Assembly: GCA_964035545.1 (NCBI GenBank)
Contig: OZ037766.1
Location: forward strand, 5,632,722 to 5,696,721
DNA from: Bugula neritina
Lineage: Eukaryota > Animalia > Bryozoa
Direction of reading: 5' to 3'
Length of the DNA stretch: 64,000 nucleotides
A program made the translations under genes and the position numbers. Below, piece after piece: positions 53,823-64,000 of this stretch (position 1 is its first letter; each line of letters begins with the position of its first letter). Below the pieces are notes generated by a model. That model worked only from the letters and a program-made list of their open reading frames with translations, had not been told where the DNA came from and made no database searches.

Positions 53823-55300
53823 GTAATGATTTTTGCTGAAAGAACACCTCATAACTTGTAACTGATGTGTCATTTGAGTGAAAGTATTAAAATAGCATGC
53901 ACACTATAAGATTGCAACGGTTAATCTATGCTTGACCGTGTACTGAGATGGTGTGAACTGACACTGAATTCTAATGTGTTAAAACTCTCCATGAAATGAA
54001 TTTATTAAAAGCAACGATATTGGCTTCTCTTGTACTCTCAATCTCTAATCTCATTTGCAGATACATGTTGGGGCTAGCTGCTGTTCCTGCTATCATACAG
54101 CTGATTGGTTTCTTGTTTATGCCTGAAAGTCCCAGATATCTGGTGAAGAAAGGCAAAGACCAGCTGGCTATAAATGTAAATCTTAGTTTGCACATTTCCT
54201 CTGCTTTAATTATTTATTTCAATTCTTTTAATATATTACTCAAGTGTCAGGTAGTGAAAAGCAAATACCTTAGTGGCAACTCTAACAGTGGAATTGAATT
54301 CAAAACACATTTTGTTGCATTTATAATAGTTTTATAGCATCTTCCGCAGTTTGGCCATAGTTTTTTCCATGATTAATAGTGTATTTTAGTCAAAGCCCAG
54401 TGACATTTAAATCTTTTGCTTAGTAGCTAAGCACTATCAATCATTTCAAGTGTCGCTAACATTCATGCATCACTGCTCCTTACAAACCAAGTAATCGCTA
54501 GGCTTCACCGATTGTAAGTGCATTAGAACTAGTACACTGCACATGTGCCCCCATTTCCCTTAGATCAATATCGGTCTTAGCGGGCTTGTTTAGTTGAATT
54601 GGGGCTTGTTAAGTTGAATTGATTGTCGCCAGTGTAAACTCTTTTAGGATTTCTTCTAGTCTCTCATAGTTGTCTTTCCTTGTTTGATTTTACACTACGC
54701 TTAAGACATCAGTTATCAAAAATACATTTGTCAGATAAAAATAAGTTTTTGTATCAAATTCAATGACGTATAACTATAGATTTCTTTTATTGTAATCTTG
54801 TACATGTTTATAATTATGCCTAGTAATATTTTAAAACACTCTTTTCCTCGATGTAGATAACTTAGTCATTTTTTCAATGGACAAGCATGTTGTTCTACAG
54901 ATTTTGCGTCGACTAAGAGGTGTGACAGATGTTAATGAGGAGTATCAGGCTATAAAGACAGCCTGTGAGGATGAGGTCAAGGCCAACCAGCTCACTTCTG
55001 ATAGGTCAATAGTTGTTAGAGTGTTCACTTATGCTCCAGTGAGACGAGCTCTTATTATTGGAGCTGCACTACAACTCTTCCAGCAGATTACTGGCATCAA
55101 CACTATTATGTACGCATTCTTGTAGTTTGCCAGTTTTTATACTCAGTTATCTTATATCAGCTCATTGAAGCTTTAGTTTCTGGGTAATTTACAAAATTTA
55201 TCAGTCAACAGCTTGACGCATTCAACGCTATATTTGTATTAGCTCCATGAAATATAAACTGTGACCTGCAGATTCCATGAGATAATTTTATTGGATTTGG

Positions 55301-55717
55301 GTCATTTTACTTAATTTAGTACACACTGGAAATTTCCAGTTTTCAGCTATTTTTCACAATTCAGCTGCTAAGGAACAAGGGTTTTTGCTCAAAACTAGTA
55401 AAATTTCAATAAATACGTCTAAATAATCAAGGTTCTTCCTAATTTTGATTGATTTTCCATGTTTTTTCCTAATTATTCAGCTACTTTTGATTGCAGACCG
55501 TTACGAAAAAACCATAACGGTCTGCAATCAAAAGTAGCTGAATAATTAAGAAAAAACATGGAAAATCAATCAAAATTAAAAAGAACCTCGATTATTTATG
55601 TGTGTTGATTGACATTTAACTAGTTTTGGGCAAAAACCCTTGTTTATTAGCAGCTAAATTGTGAAAAATAGCTAAAAACTGGAAACTTCCAGTGTGTACT
55701 AAATTAAGTAAAATGAC
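55301..55717. mobile_element. Foldback/MITE-like palindrome of about 417 bp in an SLC2A13 copy 1 intron
   Basis: Arms of about 205 bp (GTCATTTTACTTAATTTAGTACACACTGGAAA...TTCCAGTGTGTACTAAATTAAGTAAAATGAC) around a loop of a few bases near 55508; absent from the equivalent intron of copy 2. Confidence 0.9.
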
Positions 55718-58700
55718 ACATTTAACAAATAATAAACAATATATTTTTTCTGAGGCTAAATTTTGTAAATTGCAGGTATTACAGTGCTACTATAATACGC
55801 ATGTCTGGAATAACGAATAATTGTACAGCCATTTGATATGCATCTATCACTGCCTTCTGCAATCTAATCTTCACATTCGTTGCTATTGCTCTTGTTGAGC
55901 GATTAGGAAGAAGGAAGTTGGTGCTGGCTAGTTTAGCAGGTGAATAGCGGGTTTCTTCTCAACTCCATTATATAACAGTCTATGTTAAACTGTAGAGCAA
56001 AAGTTGCTTGGAGTTTATGACTTAATTCTGTTGATCAAAGCTGATGTGTATCGAGCGTCACCAGATTTCTGCTGTCAATATGGAGTAACTTCTACTACAC
56101 ATATCTCAGTACAACGATGGATCAAATTGTGAGTTTGGTGTGGGACTATTTTCTAATATTTTTTATTATTGAATTTTAGGCTTGGCATTTAGCCTACTCT
56201 TCCTAGGAATATCTTTTCAGCTTGAAGAGAAAATGTCACCTCCTGTCATGCAAATATCTGACGGTGTACCAGATGAGTGCTCTACCAAGTTCACGTGAGT
56301 TTTAATCTAAACATTTGATTTTTTGCAACCACATGTTATTCTTAAGTCAACAATTTCATGAGCTGAAGTTACTTCTTTTTTTCCAAACTCTATCACTGAG
56401 TCTACACACTCTACAGGTTCCATGAACTATTTTAATCTGCCCAAAATTCTAAAATCATAAAGAGTTGAACAAATCGGTACTTCAACACCAGTTATATTAC
56501 AGAACATGTGGGGAGTGTACTAAAGATCCAGACTGTGGGTTTTGTTTCACCAAATCGGATGATGGTGAATATGTGAACTCAACTTGTCTGTCTGCCAGTA
56601 AAGACTTGACTTCCTCTCTCTATGGAGCATGCTCAGTGAACAGTAGTAGTCAGTCTATCTCTACTACATATACTCTAGCATATGACTACTGCCCATCTCC
56701 TTATGCATGGATGACGGTGATGGGAATGGTGACATACCTTATATTTTTTGCAGCAGGTAATATTATATGGTTTGTCTGAACTGAACTTAATATCTCTGCT
56801 CATGCAATATTACTAAAGTGAATATAAATCATAGAAAAAATCCTATAAAACTATATAATTTATGTTCATCTTTAACATCACCCTGTTGGATTGTTCACTT
56901 CGTAATTTTCTTTCAACTTTTGTTTTGTAAATTAGAGGAACAACAGCTTATTCGTTTGATTAGAATATTTGTACAGCTCATGTTTATATACAGGTATGGG
57001 TCCGATGCCATGGACTATAAACTCAGAGATCTACCCTCTTTGGGCCAGAAGTTTCTGCAACTCTATAACTACTTTTGTTAACTGGACTTTCAATTTGCTC
57101 GTCTCTATAACATTCCTCTCATTATCAGAAGCTATAACTGAACAAGGTGCTGTTTTTTAGTGTTTCTACTTTTGCTGTTGATTGATTTTATTAGTTTGTT
57201 CTAAAATCTATAAATGTTTTAGTCAATATTACAGTGTTTACTTTTTATAGTTACTCGAAGCTAATTTATAGTACTTTAATATATAATAGAATAATGGATG
57301 AATAATATTTGCAATCTTAAACATGTTGTTTGTAGGTGCATTTTATTTGTACACGTCTTTTGGAGTCATTGGATTTATCTTCTTCTTCCTTGTACTGCCT
57401 GAAACCAAAAGTCTTACCCTCGAAGAGATGGAGGTCTTGTTTTCTGGAAGCTGGTTTGTAAGAAGCTAATCCATAAAGTTATCTTCCAACTCTATAGTTG
57501 AGTACATGGTGCTAGCTGCATTAAGTCGTCTGTATAAGCAACAGTTGGTGCTGAGTAAGTGTTAAGTGAATATCAAAGATATAGTAATTGTGTGGTTGCT
57601 AAACTGTTTGTATTTTCGGTAATAATTCTTCAGTTCTTTGTTGTCAGAATTGTTATTACTTTGTATTATTGGTGTCGCTAAAGTAAAAGCGTGTTTTGTA
57701 CTACCAGCGTGGATGACTTACGGTGCTCTCCAATGGCACCACATGAAATGTCAGCAAACAATGTTCTCTAGGTAAGGGAGATAACTCTCAGATTAAATCT
57801 CATAAAGTAGGTAACCAAGAACTGCGATTCACATAATTGTTTAATTCTAAAGTCATACTTTAATTCCTAAATTTTTATATTTTTTCTATTTTTTTAGCTT
57901 TTTTTTCCTGTATTATTCAGACAATGTATTTTTAAACCTCTCATAATCTCTTATGCATTTTAATGTTTGTAATACATTTATTGTGTATTTTCTTAAAATT
58001 CCAAGTTAGAATTGTCTTATCTGCTCATTGTCTTTTTTGACGCATAATTATTCGAGTTGATATATTATGTGAAACTAATGTGGTCAAAGTCAAGTCCCCT
58101 GTGGGGATAGTTTGAGAAGTGCATTAATAAAATTAACTGGAGTTTATTCTAGCAGCTTAGATTTGAGAAAGCTGATATAGTGAATAAAGTTATAGCAAAC
58201 AGCAGTTTTGAACAAAATTACAATAATTTTACAAAACAAAATGTTGTCATAAGTACAACAACTCCAGATTATATGTGAACTGGCAAGCCAATTGTTCAGG
58301 CATTGTTGATTGTTATCCCCAACACACACCACCCATCTTGTTAAAGATCTGGAAACCTAATGATTAGGATGAAAGTAAAGATCTGGTTGTTGAATGTATA
58401 TCAACAAGAACTGTTTTCACACAGTATGCATAATAAATATTGAACTGTGCAACACTTCGCTCTAATTTGAATTTGGGGTGGGGCTCAATTACTATACCTG
58501 CTGTTGAACTGTCACATTCCACTTTGTCTTGGAGAGGTTCTAAGGCTACAAAAATATAGAAATTTCAGTTATATTTATATAATTATCAAATAAAGTTGAA
58601 ATGTAAAATTAGGTTGGTTATATTTAGTACATTATCAATTAATTTAGCTCTACGGTTCACAACAGCAGCATGCACAAAATCTAAAAGTGACATAACTCCG

Positions 58701-59209
58701 TCTTCATTACTTGCAACCACGATTTCCACGTATCCATCCATTTGTATGTACGGAAGTAGCTTGAAAAAGCACAAAGTTGTTGTAGTCACTAAGTGCACGT
58801 GGACATATTATTATGTAGGGTTGAAGTTTGGACAACCATGTTCAAATTTACAAACCCTGCGCTCAAAAAACCCCAATGTTGTGCTGCTTCTAACGATTTT
58901 TTTGTAAGCGCTACAGTTTTCACTAAAATGATATTGTACAAATATGTATTGAAAAAACAGCGTCCTGGCTCATCAAGGGTTAAAGGACATCGCTCTGGAC
59001 GCTCATACTTACGATATAGGATCAAAGGTACGCGAAAAGAATGTTCAACCGATTTACTACATTAACTTTAAGATTATGATACTAACTTATAGTTCAATTA
59101 CATTTACTATAAGTAATAGGCGTTGCTGCTGTGATAACTGATTATCATTATGTACCCACACTTCACTTTGTCAGCACATTGTAGTAACGCAGGTTTTGAT
59201 TTTTAACAC

Positions 59210-59830
59210 AATCATGATCATCATGATGATGATTATGATTTATGATGCTACTATTACTATTACTATTAGTATTACTAATAGTAATTCCTAGTAAACTTAA
59301 AACTGATAGTAATACTAATACTATTACTAATACTAATACTAATGCTAATATCAATATATATACTAATGGTAATTTACTATTACTTTTAGTATTACTATTA
59401 ATAATCACTAACATTGCATATCTGATATCTGTTTTACTTTTATTATTTGCTTCTAGTATTTACTTACAGTTGCACAAGTTATGGGATTGTTATTATGGCT
59501 ACTCATTACTATTAGTATTACTATTAGTATTCGTTATTATTAACATTATATTTATATTGATATTCGTATTGACTTGGAGTTTGACTAATCACTAAGAGTA
59601 AGTCTAATAACTTTAACTGTTTACGTACTCATAGTCATTATGATTATAATTTAAATTATATTTATTTATTAATATTCACTTTGATATGATATTGATCCTG
59701 ATGCTCATGTTGTGATTTGAATTAACATTCATATTGGCAACCTGCAGTAACTGTGAGACTAACTCTAAGTGTAAATCTGTGAGTATCACTATGGTCATGA
59801 GTATGAATTTTAAGTTGAAGTTAAAATATA
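59210..59830. repeat. Degenerate tri/hexanucleotide low-complexity tract (similar tracts at 49680-50070 and 50400-50880)
   Basis: (tattac/aatact/tgatag)-type iterations that produce the spurious Leu/Asn-rich ORFs. Confidence 0.8.
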
Positions 59831-60442
59831 AAAATTGCATTAACTGTAATGATTATTATACTAAATAATTACAAATGATTTTCATTTTTTATTTTATTTA
59901 CTTACTTGAATCTCTATTGCTTTCAATGATTATTATTTGATTTTAGTGTGAAACGGTATGTGTATTTATATTTTTGGCTTGAGAATATTAATATGGAATG
60001 GTAAATACATTTACATTTTTAGATGTGCCAAGTGTGACACTAAAGCAAATATTAAATTATACTATAAAGCATAATTTATTGTTTTTTTTCAGTACAGGTA
60101 GTTTGTCAAAGGCAGAAGTTTGAGGCCTCAGTCGGTTTATAAACTGCAAATACTACTAAATCTATGACGAACAGGTGACATGTTATAGTTTCATACTGGT
60201 ATGTTCCAAATTTTAAGATGTGTTAAAAACCACTTGTACAATATTATATTTCATTTGTGTACTAATAACAATCTTTTTTATTAACCTAATGTGTTGTCAA
60301 GATCTTGTTTGTGTACATTGCACTTTTTCTGTACCCTAACATATATGTATGCATGTCAATTAGATGTCTGGTTTTAGTTTTAGCTATTATGTTATTTTAA
60401 ATGTCATGTTGTATCACCTCCCCCAAACTACTTCACTCTAGG

Positions 60443-63400
60443 ATGGGTAGTGTAATGGCTAAGGGACTTTGTGCCAATGATGAGATTCCTCTCTTAGACC
60501 AGGAAACTGAGCCTGCTGAGTTTGTACTTGAAACTAGTATAACAAATCATGTATGTCCTTTATTTGTTCTAAAATATTATATCAAACATATTTTACATGT
60601 CACAAGATGTAGGTGGGCCATAACGTAAATGAAGTTTCTCGGTTGTTCAAACTATATTCACTACTGCCCAGTATTCCTTTACCTGCATAACAAATAAAGT
60701 CATAGCATGTATTATTTATGATGAATCTGAAGACTGGAAATAATTCTAAAATAATAAAAAAGTTAAGTTGTAAGCCCTGGGAAATGCATAAAACTCAATC
60801 GCTGTATATCCACATCTGTTAACATATGGTTATGCATTGCTTTTTTAGATTAATGCAAATACGAAGCAAATGCTTGCAATGCTTTTTAAATAAAATTTAA
60901 GATTATATGCATTTTTGTGAAGGGGATTTTATTAAAATATTCTCTCAAGTTCTCAGTTCAACAACTACATGACTCATTAAGTTGTTGAGTTGAGATTCTT
61001 TTTCATAAACAAGTCTTGAATTTTATAACTGAAGTCTTAGCCCAAGAAACTATTTTTCGATACTTTTTTAGTTGAAATAAATTTTATGTTCTGCTATAAA
61101 AAAAACTAAATGCATGTTTTGAAGGCTCAAGATGACCACACCACAGTTAAGGTGCAGCGTACTCCACCCTTTGTGATTTTACTCACTCTACTGTCAACTA
61201 TTGGTGGTTTTCTCTTTGGATATGATACTGGAGTGGTGTCTGGGGCAACATTGCCCATAGCAGACAAATTTAAACTCAACACCTTTGAGAAGGAACTTTT
61301 TGTCAGTATCACTGGTAAATTATTTAACAGTAGTCATTACCTAAACTGTTTAATTCAGCTAGTTGAAGTCTTATGTAATAGTAAATTGGTTGGCACCGCC
61401 TTAGAATATATTTTTTAGAAGGAGGCATAAGTAATAATAGATTGACCTTCATTTCATTCAATTTGAATATTGAGTGTGTTATGCACCAACTTTCATTGGA
61501 TAATCATGCTGCTAGCTCTGTTATATAATTTTAATGTTCTACAGCTGCTTACAAATAGCTGACTAATAGTTTTTATTGGAAGTGATGAGTTATATTTAAT
61601 TTCAGTTGGGGCTGCAGCTGTCTTTGCTATAATTGGTGGGATTCTCAATGACAAAATTGGTAGAAAACCCACCACTTTAATTGCTAGTGTGGTGTTTGCT
61701 GTCGGTGCTATTGTTTTGGCAGCAGCCAATAGCAAAGCGACGCTGTTGATTGGTCGATTCATCCTTGGAATCGGAATAGGTAAGTGTAACTGATGATTTA
61801 GTCTGATAAATTTGCAATAATCTATATTAATTATGCCATTTGATTTGTATTATTTTGTAATAAATTTTTAATAGAGGTGCAATTTCTTGCTCTATTTTAT
61901 TGGATGTTTTTTATACAAATGGAATAAACTTATTTCTATAAACTAGAAGCAATATTTAAATTATCTGCCATAGAAAATTACATACCTGCACATTCTACTT
62001 GGGTGTAACATGCTTTAGTGAGAATATATATATAACTAATGCTGCTTCTACTACATTTTTCACTTTAAAACATACTTGTGAAGGCCTCCCCACATGTCAC
62101 TGCCTGTTATAATCTATGACAGGATTTGCCAGTGTCACGGTTCCCATATACATAGCTGAGACTTCTCCCTCCGCCATACGAGGCCGGCTAGTGTCACTCA
62201 ATCAGGCCTTTATTTCTGGAGGAATGTTTGTGTCACTTGTAGCCTGTGGCACCTTGTGTCCAGTGGCCTTCGGTTGGCGGTGAGTGAGTCTCAAGAATGC
62301 GGGCAAAAGTTGGATGAAAATTCAAACTTGTTTTCTGCTTACATAAGAAATGTACAAATTTTTGCAAGCGATCAAAACTCAACTTGACTACTTATTAGAA
62401 TTACAAATTTGAGTTTTCACCAGTTTTACGGTTGTTAGCCGACTTCACTAACAGTTTATTTAACCTATTTAGTTGTGGTTCCCGGAATCTTCTCCCCTCT
62501 TTAATCCAATGACTACAAGTTTCATTGAGTAAAAAAGCTGTCTATATCTCTGTAGTTTTGTTCCTGTAGGGTTTGCATCCTGCGTAATTCCGATATACAT
62601 TAGTGAATGCAGCTCTGCACATGTCAGGGGTAAACTGGTGACCTTCTTTAACATGAGTATAACTATTGGCCAGTTCATATCTAGTGTCACAGATGGATTG
62701 TTCTGTTATATTGCAGATGGATGGAGGTAATATTTATTGCTAAAAGAATACCTCACAACTTTTTGCTGATGCGTCATTTGAGTGAAACTATTATAATAAC
62801 ATGCACGCTATAAGATTGCAATGGTTATTCTGTTTCTAAATTTATTCTCCTGGGATGAAGTGAACTGACACTGAATTCTAATATGTTGAAACTCTCCATA
62901 AAATGAATTTATTAAAAGCAATGTTATTGGCTTCTCTTGTACTCTCTAATCTCATTCGCAGATACATGTTGGGGCTAGCTGCTGTTCCTGCTATCATACA
63001 GCTGATTGGTTTCTTGTTTATGCCTGAAAGTCCCAGATATCTGGTGAAGAAAGGCAAAGACCAGCTGGCTATTAATGTAAGTTTTGCTGTCCCTGTTTAT
63101 CGTAACTTTAAGGCTACTTGTTAGCAGTGTAGTTTAGTTCTTCATAAAGCAATCTACAGTGTATTATATATTCCTTATTGCTGGCTGCCGAAATTTATAG
63201 AACACAAATATTTGTTTTTGATTTTTTTTTAAAATTAGAACTTCTAAGAATATTAATCAAGTGCCAAATAAATACATCATTTCATTGTAAATTAATACGA
63301 AACATTTTGATAGCATTTTATTCTAATTTCAGCTCTCATAAAGAGTATGTTTTACCAAATTTGCTGATTCACAGATTTTGCGTCGACTAAGAGGTGTGAC

Positions 63401-63977
63401 AGATGTTAATGAGGAGTATCAGGCTATAAAGACAGCCTGTGAGGATGAGGTCAAGGCCAACCAGCTCACTTCTGATAGGTCAATAGTTGTCAGAGTGTTT
63501 ACTGATGCTGCAGTGAGACGTGCTCTTATTATTGGAGCTGCACTACAACTCTTCCAGCAGATCACTGGCATCAACACTATTATGTACGCATGCTTGTAGT
63601 GTATCGGTTTTAATACTCAGTTATCTTATATCAGCTCATTTTAAACATCCAGGTTCTAAAAGTTTTGGTTTTCCTTTGTTGTTAAGCTATTCCATTATTA
63701 GCTCAATGAAATCTAAACTGTGTCTTGCAGATTTCCAGAGAAAGTTTATATTAAATAAATAAGAAATAATACTTCATCTTCAAATGTTAATTTCTGAATT
63801 CTGTAAATTGTAGGTATTACAGTGCTACTATAATACGAATGTCCGGAGTAACTAATAACTGTACAGCCATCTGGTATGCATCTATCACTGCCTTCTTCAA
63901 CTTTATCTTCACGTTTGTTGGTATTGCCCTGGTGGACAGAGTTGGCAGGAGGAAACTCTTTCTAGCTAGTTTGGCCG
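60443..63977 (+). CDS. SLC2A13: SLC2A13/HMIT-like transporter, copy 2, 5' part (continues beyond the window)
   Basis: Exons 60443-60550, 61125-61314, 61606-61779, [62123-62279 or 62570-62726], 62962-63076, 63375-63583, 63814-63977. The frame is open; TM1 Asp (GYDTG) and TM4 Arg (IGRF) of the proton-coupling pair are retained. Confidence 0.93.
62123..62279 (+). CDS. Alternative exon 4A (TM4b-TM5) of SLC2A13 copy 2
   Basis: 157 nt, CAG|...|GTGAGT; [53 protein letters not shown]. Confidence 0.9.
62570..62726 (+). CDS. Alternative exon 4B (TM4b-TM5) of SLC2A13 copy 2
   Basis: 157 nt, TTCCTGTAG|...|GTAAT; [53 protein letters not shown]. Same phases as 4A; not shown in the ORF track. Confidence 0.88.
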
Positions 63978-64000
63978 GTTTGTTATTGTTACTTCCTGTG

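Larger units (their letters stand above)
51207..57469 (+). pseudogene. SLC2A13: SLC2A13/HMIT-like proton myo-inositol cotransporter, copy 1, with an in-frame TGA (recent pseudogene, null allele or base error)
   Basis: Exons 51207-51302, 51585-51795, 52326-52499, 52629-52785, 54061-54175, 54901-55109, 55776-55939, 56180-56294, 56503-56756, 56994-57146, 57336-57469. Motifs [56 protein letters not shown], the HMIT-type Cys-rich loop (CGECTKDPDCGFC), GMGPMPWTINSEIYP and LPETK. TGA at 55834-55836 where copy 2 has TGG. Confidence 0.8.

Noticed and set aside
55834-55836. Selenocysteine codon or alternative genetic code
   Set aside because: It aligns to Trp rather than Cys; TGA is used as a stop in PIGA and TGG encodes Trp everywhere else in the window.
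59163-59595. Leu/Asn-rich membrane-protein-like ORFs
   Set aside because: Derived from degenerate tri/hexanucleotide low-complexity DNA.

Overview
AT-rich animal genomic DNA with small introns, probably invertebrate; the species cannot be identified from sequence alone. Hand-spliced gene content: (1) the 3' seven coding exons of PIGA (+, 170-3296); (2) a complete 29-exon long-form ABCC/MRP1-like transporter (-, 23632-8098, about 1530 aa); (3) a roughly 2-kb inverted duplication bracketing that ABCC gene (about 5100-7236 and 25955-28100), each arm carrying exons of an unrecognised small single-TM protein; (4) a laminin chain with a hybrid beta/gamma architecture (-, 47522-28681); (5) two tandem SLC2A13/HMIT-like sugar porters (+, 51207-57469 and 60443 to beyond the window). 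The strongest novelty candidate is in the second SLC2A13 copy: two duplicated 157-nt exons that look mutually exclusive and encode alternative versions of the substrate-binding helix TM5, one hexose-like and one inositol-like. The first copy has lost the inositol-like exon and carries a TGG>TGA stop. Introns hold two solo LTRs with target-site duplications, tRNA-derived SINE-like elements, two LINE remnants, MITE/foldback palindromes and minisatellites. All exon coordinates were read manually and homologies rest on recalled family motifs; no searches were run.
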